Source: Cyanidioschyzon merolae (Eukaryota). Taken from it: a stretch of DNA of 64,000 nt. Under the pieces are notes generated by a model. That model worked only from the letters and a program-made list of their open reading frames with translations. It searched no databases and was not told where the DNA came from. This document shows positions 11,564 through 21,479 of the stretch, in pieces (within the stretch, counting starts at the first letter, position 1; each line of letters opens with the position of its first letter). The stretch lies in assembly GCA_000091205.1 (NCBI GenBank), contig AP006502.2; one strand, written 5' to 3'. The position numbers were made by a program, and so were the translations under genes.

Positions 11564-12969
11564 GCGATGAAACGCTCCACACAGTCGATGAATCGATCCG
11601 CCATCTCTTCATGGGGCAGATGCCCGCAATGATCGAAGATACAGAGTTCGCATCCCAGGTACTGGGCAAGAAGTTGGGAGTTTCTCAGTGGCACTATACG
11701 GTCGTCTCTGCCATGAATGATTAACACGGGAATGGAGAGCTTTCTCAGATTTTGAAGAAGATCCGTGTAATCCTCTGCTGTCCCTCCATGTGCTATTCGA
11801 TGGACTTGCTGCGCGAATTCCTTGATGCTGAAGACTCCCTGATATCGGTTGAGCACGAAAGCGAGAAGCGCGCGATCCCATCCACGTACCCTGTCCGGTA
11901 ATCGATATCCCTCGATAACATCAGGTCGAATGAGTGTTCGATCCTCTACTGCAAGCCTTAATCCGTATCGCCAGAGACGCTCTTGACTGACGACCAACCG
12001 GACAAGTCCCCGAAGCACAGGAGATATTCCGCGCGATATTTGCGCCGTCAAAAAGCGAAAAGACACCTGCACCGTCGCCAGCGCGTACCGCAGGGGTAAC
12101 AGAACTGTTTGCAAGCAACGCCGAATACCGCGTGCACGCTGCTTGGTCTCGCGAAAATAGATCGCAGGCGATACAAGAATTAGAGCACGTGGTGCACACG
12201 GCAGCTGCGCCACAGACTGTAAAGCTACTAAACCGCCCAGTGAGTGACCTACCAGGCAAATGTCGTTTGCTTGCCTTGCGGGCATACGAGCGAACTGCCC
12301 GACGACTTCAGCCATGGAACGAAGAGAGTAGTGGTGATTGCTCCAGGAACGGCTCGTAAGACCAAATGCCGGTAGGTCCAGAGCCTCCACGTTGCTCCCA
12401 GTCTTCCGTGCAAGCTCGTCCATGACATTACGAAAAGTGAAAAGAGAGGCTCCGAATCCATGCAGTAGAATGATGCGGCGCCGAGTTACAGAGGCGTTCG
12501 GACTGGAAGGCTCCGGGTTTCGCTCCTTCCAGCGCACATTGAGGTTGCAAAACCGAGAGAAATTCGAGTCCGGATCCGCCAAACTTTCAGGTTTGTTAAG
12601 CCTTTTCGTATACTCAATATTGAAGAATATCCACGAAGACAAGAGGCTGGCACCGATTCCAGCGGAGCCAGCTCCGAGGTTGGTAGCAGCCGCAGTATCC
12701 GTGCGCCTGCTTGCAAGCGCGTTTCCGTAAAGGCGGACGGCAAACCAAGTCGCGAGCCCTGTAAGACCGCTTATAAACTTCTCGGTAACAGTCAATCTAG
12801 GCCAACGGTCAGCATCAAATGGGTCCACGTACGACATCGGCGTGTTGCTCCGACAACGCTGCTTTCTCTTCAAGTCATACAACCTCAGTGGATGCACTAC
12901 TAAAACCGATTCGTCGCTAAGCTCATGTACGCAAGGCACTGCGCGGCGGCGTCGCAGCTGGTTATGCAC
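11509..12969 (-). CDS. Alpha/beta-hydrolase fold protein (lipase/esterase-like) with N-terminal hydrophobic segment
   Basis: 486-aa ORF. It carries 'ILLHGFGAS' (oxyanion-hole HG), the nucleophile elbow 'GHSLGG', and the catalytic His context 'DHCGHLPHEE'. Its 3' end overlaps the TOP6B stop by about 55 nt in convergent orientation. Confidence 0.75.
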   Translation of the reverse strand: MHNQLRRRRAVPCVHELSDESVLVVHPLRLYDLKRKQRCRSNTPMSYVDPFDADRWPRLTVTEKFISGLTGLATWFAVRLYGNALASRRTDTAAATNLGAGSAGIGASLLSSWIFFNIEYTKRLNKPESLADPDSNFSRFCNLNVRWKERNPEPSSPNASVTRRRIILLHGFGASLFTFRNVMDELARKTGSNVEALDLPAFGLTSRSWSNHHYSLRSMAEVVGQFARMPARQANDICLVGHSLGGLVALQSVAQLPCAPRALILVSPAIYFRETKQRARGIRRCLQTVLLPLRYALATVQVSFRFLTAQISRGISPVLRGLVRLVVSQERLWRYGLRLAVEDRTLIRPDVIEGYRLPDRVRGWDRALLAFVLNRYQGVFSIKEFAQQVHRIAHGGTAEDYTDLLQNLRKLSIPVLIIHGRDDRIVPLRNSQLLAQYLGCELCIFDHCGHLPHEEMADRFIDCVERFIAQIGTPSHSPRRAAVEAF

Positions 12970-13201
12970 CAGCGATTTCGATGCCCCTCAATAGAATACG
13001 AACTTGATTTCCAGTTGACGCCTGGGAAGGCGGCTACAGACTGCACGATATATAGAGAAGCGGAAACTTTTGCAGGTAAACGTCGTCCTAGAAAGGCGCG
13101 AAGAGCTCTGGGAAGGAGTTTCGTGTGATCCTGAAAAGAAAATCGAACTCCCTTTTAGGCAACTGTGCCGGAGCTTTTGAGCAGAGCGCTCCTGGAGCGG
13201 T
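12970..13201. promoter_or_regulatory. Putative bidirectional promoter region between the divergent alpha/beta-hydrolase and ValRS genes
   Basis: This is only positional inference: about 230 bp separate two divergently oriented start codons. I identified no motif. Confidence 0.25.
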
Positions 13202-14877
13202 GTGCGGTCGACAGCCATGCAACAACCGGTGCGGGCAGTAGCTTTTGTCCAAGGTGGTGCGCTCTTGCAGAGGCGTTGGATAAGTGACTCAACTTGTCGT
13301 CGGCTCCTGGGAGACGCTTCGCAAAGGAAGCGTTTCGCAAAAGAACTCTACAGCGTCCCGGGCGTCTCGCTGAAGAGTCGTGCTCTGCGACTCTGCTCTA
13401 CGACAGACGCTAGTGGGAAGAGTGTCCAGACGCCCTTCAGAACCGGCTCGAGGCCTGTATTTGCGGAGAATGCGGAGGACGCAATGCCGAAAAACTTCGA
13501 CCCAGCGGCGCACGAAGAACGCATATACTCCTGGTGGGAGGCTGCAGGTTTCTTTTCTCCAAGAGATGAGGGCGTTGGCGATATTGAGAAGCCTTTTGTG
13601 ATCGTTATGCCGCCTCCGAATGTCACGGGCGGCCTTCACATGGGCCACGCAATCGGTACAACAATCGAAGACATCTTGATACGTTTCCATCGTATGCGTG
13701 GGCGCCCTACCTTGTGGCTACCCGGAACGGATCATGCTGGGATTGCGACTCAGTTGCTCGTCGAGCGAGCGCTTACTGCCTCCGGCAAGAGCCGCAGTGA
13801 GATAGGCAGAGAAGCGTTCGTTGAAATGGTATGGAAGTGGAAACAAGAGAAGGGTGGGTATATCACCAAGCAGCTCCGAAGGCTCGGCGCCAGTGCTGAC
13901 TGGAACCGGGAGAAATTCACACTTAGCCCAGAGATGAGCGCGGCCGTGGCGGAGGCGTTTGTGCGCCTTTACGATGCTGGTCTCATCTACCGGGGTACGT
14001 ATATGGTGAACTGGAGCCCAGCACTGCAAACAGCTGTTTCAGACCTGGAGGTCGAGTTTAGCGAAGAGAAGGGAAAACTTTACCTATTCAAGTACATGTT
14101 AGCTGAACCGGGGTCCGAAGAGGATGCCTTCCTACCAGTCGCAACGACCCGACCGGAAACGATTCTTGGCGACACTGCACTTTGCGTTCATCCCTCGGAT
14201 GGACGCTTCCAGAAATACATCGGCATGCATGCCATTGTTCCGTTTGTTCACCGCCGCATTCCAATCGTTGCTGATGCTCGGGTGGATCCATCGTTCGGCA
14301 CGGGTGTGCTGAAGATCACCCCAGGTCATGATCGCATGGATTATGAGATAGGCAAAACTCACAATCTCCCCGTCATTACTGTCATCGGTAAGGATGGCAG
14401 AATCGTGCCGTACAGTGAGACAGATGCGCGGTTCGTAGGGCTGGATCGCTTCCTCTGTCGGGAGCGGATCTGGGCGGATTTGCAAAGCACCGGCCAAGCG
14501 ATTGAGGTTCGGGAGCACACAACGAGGGTTCCCCGCTCCCAGCGTGGCGGTGAGATCATCGAGCCACTCGTATCGACTCAATGGTTTGTGCGTACGCGGC
14601 CTCTTGCGGAAAAGGCTCTGGCTGCTGTTCGAGAGGGACAAATTCGGATCTTGCCGGAAAGGTTCGAGAAGATTTACTATCATTGGTTGGAAAATATTGA
14701 AGACTGGTGTATATCTCGTCAGCTTTGGTGGGGGCATCGCATACCCGTCTATTACATCAATGGTGATCAGGAAAACTACGTCGTTGCCAGAAATGTAGAG
14801 GAGGCTCGCGAGAGGGTCCGCGCCATGACGGTCGGCGACTTCACCCTCGAGCAGGATCCCGACGTGCTTGATACATG
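13202..14877 (+). CDS. Valyl-tRNA synthetase, bacterial/organellar type, exon 1 (with N-terminal presequence)
   Basis: Class I aaRS HIGH motif 'PNVTGGLHMGHA'. Strong ValRS-specific similarity throughout (editing/CP1 region). About 95 aa of N-terminal Arg/Ser-rich extension precede the conserved 'MPKNFDPAAHEERIYSWWE'. The ORF ends at a GTAAGT donor at 14878. Confidence 0.85.
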
Positions 14878-15045
14878 GTAAGTTTCGTGAGCAGCTCGAT
14901 GCTTCTGCATGTGATGATATAAGCTTGAAACCACAGACCTGTAATGAAATGCTGAACGTGATTAGGTAGCAAGCTGTGATGTCTGAGTTTGGAGCAGGTT
15001 CGAATGGAACAGCGGAAACTAACCTCTTTCTTTGTCCGCCTGTAG
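14878..15045 (+). other. Spliceosomal intron (168 nt, GTAAGT...TAG, phase 2) in the ValRS gene
   Basis: Exon 1 ends '...GAT ACA TG' and exon 2 starts 'G TTT TCT TCT GGA CTT TGG CCA TTT'. Together they restore the universally conserved ValRS sequence 'DTW|FSSGLWPFSTMGWP'. The ORF stop in exon 1 is the 'TAA' inside the GTAAGT donor. Confidence 0.8.
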
Positions 15046-16405
15046 GTTTTCTTCTGGACTTTGGCCATTTTCGACGATGGGTTGGCCCGATGAGAACCAA
15101 CCTGACTATCGCAAGTTCTTTCCGGGTTCTGTCCTAGAGACCGGATACGATATTCTGTTCTTCTGGGTTGCCAGGATGATTATGCTGAGCCTGGAGCTTA
15201 CGGGCAAGATACCATTTGAGGTGGTTTACCTCCATGGCCTGGTTCGCGATGCGAATGGAAGAAAGATGAGCAAAACGCTGGGGAACGTCACTGATCCCCT
15301 TGAGGTCATCAGTAAGTATGGAACCGACGCGCTGCGTTTCACACTCGTGACAGGGAGCAGCGCCGGGCGAGATATTCCTCTCGCAGAGGAGCGTGTAGCA
15401 GCAAGCCGTAACTTTGCAAACAAGGTATGGAACATTGCCCGCTTCGTCGTGAACGCAGTGGGTAGCGACGCATCCGAGACAGCGCTTTGGGCGGAGCCCT
15501 CGAGCAATGAGTGGACAGGGCTCAGCTTAAACCTCGCGGATCATTTCATTCTCGCACAGTTAACACAGCTTGTACATGATGTTACTCAGCACCTGGAATC
15601 ATTTGAAATTGGCGACGCTGGCCAAAAAGTTTACGATTTTTTGTGGGACGATTTTGCGGACTGGTACTTGGAGGTTGCGAAAGCAGTTTTACGGACAGCG
15701 AACGGCGACTCCAAGGCGGCGGCGCCATCCAAACGGATCCTGGCACTCACTCTGGACACGAGTCTCCGTCTCCTGCATCCATTTATGCCATTTATAACAG
15801 AGGCTGCGTATCAGAGACTGCCCTCTGCGGTGAGCAATGGACACGGAACTGCGCTTATGTGCCAAAATTGGCCGATGCTACGATTTCCAGAGAATCAGGC
15901 TGCTGTTACGGGTTTTCGACGCTTCCAAGAGCTTGTCCGCAAAGTGCGCAACGCCCGAGCCAGCTACGGTGTCGAGCCGTCGCGGCGCATAGCGGCCTGG
16001 GTTGTGGTGCGATCGAATAATGAACTCGAGGACTTTATCACGTCGTATCCGTCAGTTTTCGCGTCTCTAGCCAAGATAGATGAGCAGCAGATGCACGTTG
16101 TGAATGTCCCGCCAGAAACGGATTTCATTCGAAAGTGTGTGCACGTTATTGTCGACGAAAACATAGAAGCGTTCCTGCCGGCCAAAGGTTTATTTGACGT
16201 ACAAGTTGAGCGAGAGCGTTTGAATAAGCAGGTTCAAAAAATCGGCGCCGATCTTGCCGGGCTCGAGAAGCGACTCGGCGCAAGGGGCTTCCTCCAAAAC
16301 GCACCGCCAAATATTGTCGAGGAAACAAAGGCAAAACACCAGGAGCTCAAGGAGACTATCACCGCTATACAGCAGCGCCTTCAGCTGCTAGAGGATCTAG
16401 CTTGA
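15046..16405 (+). CDS. Valyl-tRNA synthetase exon 2 (KMSKS, anticodon-binding, C-terminal coiled coil)
   Basis: 'KMSKTLGN' is the KMSKS motif. The C-terminal coiled coil ('LNKQVQKIGADLAGLEKRLGARGFLQNAPPNIVEETKAKHQELKETITAIQQRLQLLEDLA') is typical of bacterial-type ValRS. Confidence 0.85.
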
Positions 16406-16759
16406 TGCGTACGGTAAAAAGAAGTGCACGAAGTGCGCTGCTTCTCCCTAAGGCTGGAAGCTGTAGGGAGGCGCGGGACCTGGCCCGCTCCGTCTCAGGT
16501 TTGGGTTCCCGCCACGTCCCCCAGTTAACTGCACTAAAAACGAGCGGTAATACTCGGATGTTATATCGTACAGCATCGACTTCTTCTGCAGCTGCTGCGA
16601 ACGCGAACTAGATACCTACCGGGCAGTTGAATGCGATATTGAAGAGACGTGCGCTCAGTCGGAGCGTCTCAGGCCGGCGCGGCCGTCGCTTCCTTGCGGA
16701 ATATCGCAACGGCGCGCTTGTAGCGTTTTGTTCCTGAGCTGTGTTCTATCCAAAGGCGA

Positions 16760-17300
16760 ACGTTATAAAAAGCGATTTCGCGGTTTATGGCATATGCATT
16801 CAAAGTGCGTTCATTTTCAAAAATAAATAGCCCAAAGAAAAGGGATGGGTATGGGATTCCACGATCCTGGAATCCTTGTGAATATCAGCTGCCAAACAAC
16901 AATAAAAGTCCACTTCTCATCGACCATTGAGCGAAAAAGAGCAAGCGACGAAGAAGAAAAAGGGAAATATGGGCGAGTAAGTGTGTGTGCCCGACGGGAC
17001 GACGACGAGACCGTTGTGGCACAGAGGACACGATTTCGAGGAATCCCTGTATTAATGAGATCGATCGGCCGTGGCGCATTCACGGAGTTCGTGAACCGAG
17101 ACCTCAACGCCGCCAGCAATATTAGAAGATGTACGGTGCTGAAGACGAGACTGGAGAAGCTGCGACGATCCGACTTTGTGGGACAGCCTCTCAGGCTCAA
17201 AACGTCCGAGGAAATTTGAAGCCAAGATCATCCGGTCGGTGGAAACAGGTTAGGAGGCGTCTGTGAGTGAGTACGCATTTACCCGCCATGCACCTAGAAC
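16760..17300 (+). mobile_element. A-family repeat copy carrying a TnpB/Fanzor-like RuvC-III motif relic (degenerate, non-autonomous)
   Basis: ORF 16845..17219 is '...SVCARRDDDETVVAQRTRFRGIPVLMRSIGRGAFTEFVNRDLNAASNIRRCTVLKTRLEKLRRSDFVGQPLRLKTSEEI*'. It is homologous at DNA level to 2536-3322, 38960-39512 and 51825-52360. It begins with a small hairpin 'ggattccacgatcctggaatcc'. Divergence from copy 3 rises upstream of 16850. Confidence 0.55.
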
Positions 17301-17339
17301 CCTTTTGGTTTTACTGATCACATGCCGCGGACGCTTGGT

Positions 17340-18215
17340 CGGAGGCCGAACTGGTCTATGATTAGAATCCAGCGCTGAACTGCTCGTTCTGTCTTTCCAA
17401 TATTTTCCGAACTCTTACGAGGTGTCCAGTGCCAACATACCAAGCGCACCAATAAGCGCCTACGAATTCAAAAGTCCTGGGAGGACTCCCAGTCGTGTGT
17501 GTTCGGAGTGGCCCCTGCGACGCTTCGCCGCTGACATCCATTACTTCACCGGAATCAAGGTTATTCGCAACGCGCTCAGACAACGATTCCTAAAATAGCC
17601 CGTAGCATTGTCCAATGCATACATACAGGCATCCAGTCTTCTCCGTTCCGTTTGTGTCGCACGTTCAATTCAGGCATTCGCCAGGTGTTCGGTCTCTCTT
17701 TTATTGATGCAACTCGTGGGCGCTGCCATTTGCGCTGACTGGATTGACGAAGAGAACAAGTCGACGTCGCCCGATGACCATTCCTTTCCGTGCTCGTCCC
17801 GAAACGCTGCTGAGCTCGTCACTTGCAATCATCGAATCGGTTCAAAGGCGAACCTTCTATGTTTGTTGCAATCGACGAGACGGAGCTCAACAGCAGCGCG
17901 ATACCTCGCACGGGATATGCTCCCAGGGGCGCACATCTCTTCTGCTAGCACGCCAGCGAGTCCTGGACTTTGTCGAACGTCGTCGCAGCGATCTGTCCGA
18001 GCGCAGAGCGCATCAGCGCTTTGTACGAAGTGCGGCTGGGGGATCGGAGTTTCGCAACTCCTGCACCAGCCTGGATTTCGTATACGGAACGTGTTTCATA
18101 ATCGAAATATCGCGTTCCACGGATCCTCGATCGAACGGGACAGTATGCGCGTGCGTATGCAGCTGACGGAGTATTCGCTCAGAAGAGTCGCGCAGATGAA
18201 GCCCGTGAGCGTAGG
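17340..18215 (+). repeat. B-family interspersed repeat, copy 1 (about 0.9 kb), directly abutting the A-family copy
   Basis: About 98% identical to 21480-22355 and 39512-40400. It gives identical ORFs in three places (for example 'MSERVANNLDSGEVMDVSGEASQGPLRTHTTG...' on the minus strand). Confidence 0.85.
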
Positions 18216-19386
18216 GCAAACCTCCGTGGAAAACGCAAATGATCATCGCAGTAAAAGACGCAATTTCACCGCATTGTGAGATCCGAAAATCGCACACATG
18301 CTTCCGTCACTACCATGAGACGCCGCCAGACTACATCTGAGATTGATAAGTCTACAGAGCAGGTGCCAAGAAAGTGCCGAACCAACGAGAAAATCAAAAA
18401 CATATGCGGGTCAATCTCGAGTGCTGCATGAAGCGCATCTCGTGAGCGTTGGATCCGTTGTGTTCTGAGCGCACTTTTCAAGAAAAGTGGGTACTGATAG
18501 AAGGGATTCTAGGCTTACGAGAACACATTAGAGTACTAAGGCTCGTGCGGAAGGTGCTTGGCTGGTTTCCATGGCACTGCGCTGGAGTCGCCAGAGGTTT
18601 TCATTCCATGCAGCCACGAAGCATATATACGTCAACTTCTGGAATGTGTTGGAACACGCAATGGCCAATAATCCGCCTCGTTTTATGGTAGGGTTTGACG
18701 CTGGACGTACTGCAGGGTGCAGCTGCTGCACACTTGCTCTTGTAACGAGAGTGCAAATCCATAGCAGTATTTGGTTCTGTATGATTTTCGTCGTTTCGCT
18801 GAGGACGGCATGGACACATCCCGAGCATGTCCGCGCGCTGAAGCAGCTAAAGAAGATGGGAATGACTAGGAGACAGGTGCAGAAGATGGTATATGGTAAG
18901 CTACCTTAACGTCAGACGGTACGGCAGTCGACGGAAAGAAACGTGCAACCGTGTGAACGTATCTGAAAGTGTACGCGCAAGCACTTTCTGCACCGCGACT
19001 GGAACACTTTGATCAAATTCCGGAAATGTATCGTACTTTAAGAATATTAATCATTTTTGTGGCGAGCAAACCTTCGAGGCCATTATCTCATACTCATTAT
19101 GGGCATGTTGATGAAACGCTAAAGGCTTGCGACGAAACAAAGTCATTACCCAGTAGAGATGGTGTTGGATTCTAGCCAAGGTCAAGCACGCGTATGGTGC
19201 GATATGGTATGACCCAGCGAAACAACAAGTTCGGGTCACCGTATTTATATCTGTATAGTGGGAGCAGTATTCCTGGGCAGCTGGCGAACGAAAATCGTGT
19301 TTCTTCATTCCATATTTCTGGGTACACGGCAAGTTTAGACTGTAGCGGTGTTGGCATGAATGGCAAACGACATCACGCGCTGAGAA

Positions 19387-21387
19387 CTAGACGCCAGAAG
19401 ATCGTTTTGAGAGGCTCTTGTCGCGCTTCATTCCATCGTTGTCGCGCGGGGCACCACCAGATGTCTGATCAACCTTGTTGGCTCGAGACGCCAGCTCGGT
19501 AGCATCCTCATATTGCACATGCCCGATGCTGCTCTCTGCACTCTCGGATTCATTGAGTGTATGCCGTTCATGAGCAATTACTGCATTCGTCGGATTTTCC
19601 GTTTGAGTTTTCGTGCTTCTGTTCTTCGCATGGGGAGGGCGCGTAATGAAAAAAACGCCTGTGATTTTCGGTAGGACGACACCTTTGACGCGAAGGTGAT
19701 CGGCGCCGAATGCGACATCCGACCAGGCCATAAACTCGGCCCCCTCGCCAAATTCCGCAAGCTCGGGTGGTACACGAACAAGCGCAGGCGGCAGCGGTAC
19801 ACCTGCAGAGATCATTTGTTTGCGGTCTAAGAGATGTGGATTCGGAACTTCCATGAAACGGTACAAGGGCGTTCCAGTTGCGTCCATTGATCCTTGAGAA
19901 AGTTCGAATCTACGACCTTCCGCGTTCTCAAAGTACGCAACCTCGGTAACGAGGCGTGAGGACAAGCGCAAATCCTGTCGGGAGCCCCGGTCGCAAATCA
20001 AATGTAACCCATAAGAAAGACACGGTTCCATACTCAGGCTGAAGCGGAATGTGTGGTCATGGAGGAAAGCAATCCTGCGGCGTTTCGCAACATCCATTCC
20101 GTTGATGAGAGATGCTTGCATGGGGGATTGCAGGTCCCCCGCTGCATGCATGAATGCAGCTGCCGTCGCAGCGCTCATAATTGGAGAGCTCAGCGACAAG
20201 CCATCACAGGAGAGTTTCAAAAATCTGTAGACCTTCCGCTCAAGACTAGTTTGTTGACTTAACTCTTCGCGTTTCCAAATTCTTAGCCGATATCCGATGC
20301 ATTCCATGGGATGTAGTGGAGCCTGTGATTCAGTTCGCGTGGGTACCAGCAGCTCCGCTCGAGAGATCTCGAACTCTGCGAATGGCTCTGTTTTATCGTC
20401 ACCCCAGTAAATCCATTTTCGTGAGTAGACCTCATTGTGAATATACGACGGGTACAGAACCTTTCGGCCAGGAGTCAATCGACGAATTTTCAAGCGAGCA
20501 ACTAGTTCTCTAGACGCGGACGGCTGCTTTCGGCCCGATTCCACGGTTGCTGTGGGGTCGGGGCCGCTCGCCCAGAGCATCGACGTAGCGCCTTCAACTC
20601 GCTCGTTCCCAGCAGAGATACCAAGTCCCTCTACCATATTCATGCCCGGGGCCATGGACTCTATGTCGTGTTCATGGGCTCGCCCGAAGAGAACTCTTTC
20701 AGTGTACGGGTATGCGCCTGGAGGCACTACGTAATACAGAAGCGGCTCCATGTATCCCTTCTGCACAAGTGCTGCTACAATATCGGAATCTATCGTGTAT
20801 GGCCCTCGACCCCATAGCTGCTTTCTGGGAAAAGCGGGATTAAAGACTGTGTAAAACTCTAGAGGGATAATGATCTCTATGAAGCGGGTTTGCCCAGGCA
20901 CGAGGTCCAGCCAGGCCCTCTCCGGTATAGTCGCTCCTGATCTGTATATGAAAGTTCTACAGGGGAGGTCCCTGGCACTGAAGCATCGTAGTTCCGCAAA
21001 CACATTCTTGCTTTCCTCCTCGGTGGCGTATGCCCACGCCTCTTCCGGCACGGCAGGCGGACTTGCTTGAGGAACATTCTGCTGACAGTTCACCTGCTGG
21101 GCGTTTGTCGCAGCTGCTGCTGGCGCTGGAACCGCAACAGCCTGAGTTCCGAGAGAGGCGTGCGCTGGAAACTCCTCATCAGCTGAAGTTTGCGCGACTT
21201 GAACCGAAGACTGTGCGGTACGCAGCTCGGAGCCCGGTTCGACTGCTTGCTCTCGTGGCGTCCCAGAAGACGGCCTTCCATCGAAAAGAGTCAGATTCTG
21301 AACGTCGGTTGCTCGGCTCAACCCAGATTCAGGGTTAGTTTCATCGTCTGCCTCATTTGGAGCTGGCAGATCCATAGATCGAACCAA
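19387..21387 (-). CDS. Conserved hypothetical protein (666 aa; Pro/Ala/Gln-rich N-terminus, structured C-terminal two-thirds)
   Basis: Long uninterrupted ORF with coding-like composition. I recognise no family from the sequence; the function is unknown. Confidence 0.55.
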   Translation of the reverse strand: MVRSMDLPAPNEADDETNPESGLSRATDVQNLTLFDGRPSSGTPREQAVEPGSELRTAQSSVQVAQTSADEEFPAHASLGTQAVAVPAPAAAATNAQQVNCQQNVPQASPPAVPEEAWAYATEEESKNVFAELRCFSARDLPCRTFIYRSGATIPERAWLDLVPGQTRFIEIIIPLEFYTVFNPAFPRKQLWGRGPYTIDSDIVAALVQKGYMEPLLYYVVPPGAYPYTERVLFGRAHEHDIESMAPGMNMVEGLGISAGNERVEGATSMLWASGPDPTATVESGRKQPSASRELVARLKIRRLTPGRKVLYPSYIHNEVYSRKWIYWGDDKTEPFAEFEISRAELLVPTRTESQAPLHPMECIGYRLRIWKREELSQQTSLERKVYRFLKLSCDGLSLSSPIMSAATAAAFMHAAGDLQSPMQASLINGMDVAKRRRIAFLHDHTFRFSLSMEPCLSYGLHLICDRGSRQDLRLSSRLVTEVAYFENAEGRRFELSQGSMDATGTPLYRFMEVPNPHLLDRKQMISAGVPLPPALVRVPPELAEFGEGAEFMAWSDVAFGADHLRVKGVVLPKITGVFFITRPPHAKNRSTKTQTENPTNAVIAHERHTLNESESAESSIGHVQYEDATELASRANKVDQTSGGAPRDNDGMKRDKSLSKRSSGV

Positions 21388-21479
21388 CCTTCTCGGAGCC
21401 TATTTCTCGCAAACGCCAGATGCATACATTGTTTTCAATGGTGTGACACGGTGCGCCGTGTGGGTCTGCGGGGCTCCGG

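Noticed and set aside
14132-15100. 322-aa ORF on the minus strand
   Set aside because: It lies entirely antisense to ValRS exon 1, the intron and exon 2, and has no family resemblance. It is typical of a GC-rich antisense open frame.
16845-17219. Calling the A-family ORFs intact TnpB/Fanzor genes
   Set aside because: The ORFs are 60-170 aa with upstream stops and no Zn-finger, RuvC-I or RuvC-II. Only the C-terminal RuvC-III-like decapeptide and its following tail are recognisable. I report them as relics, not genes.
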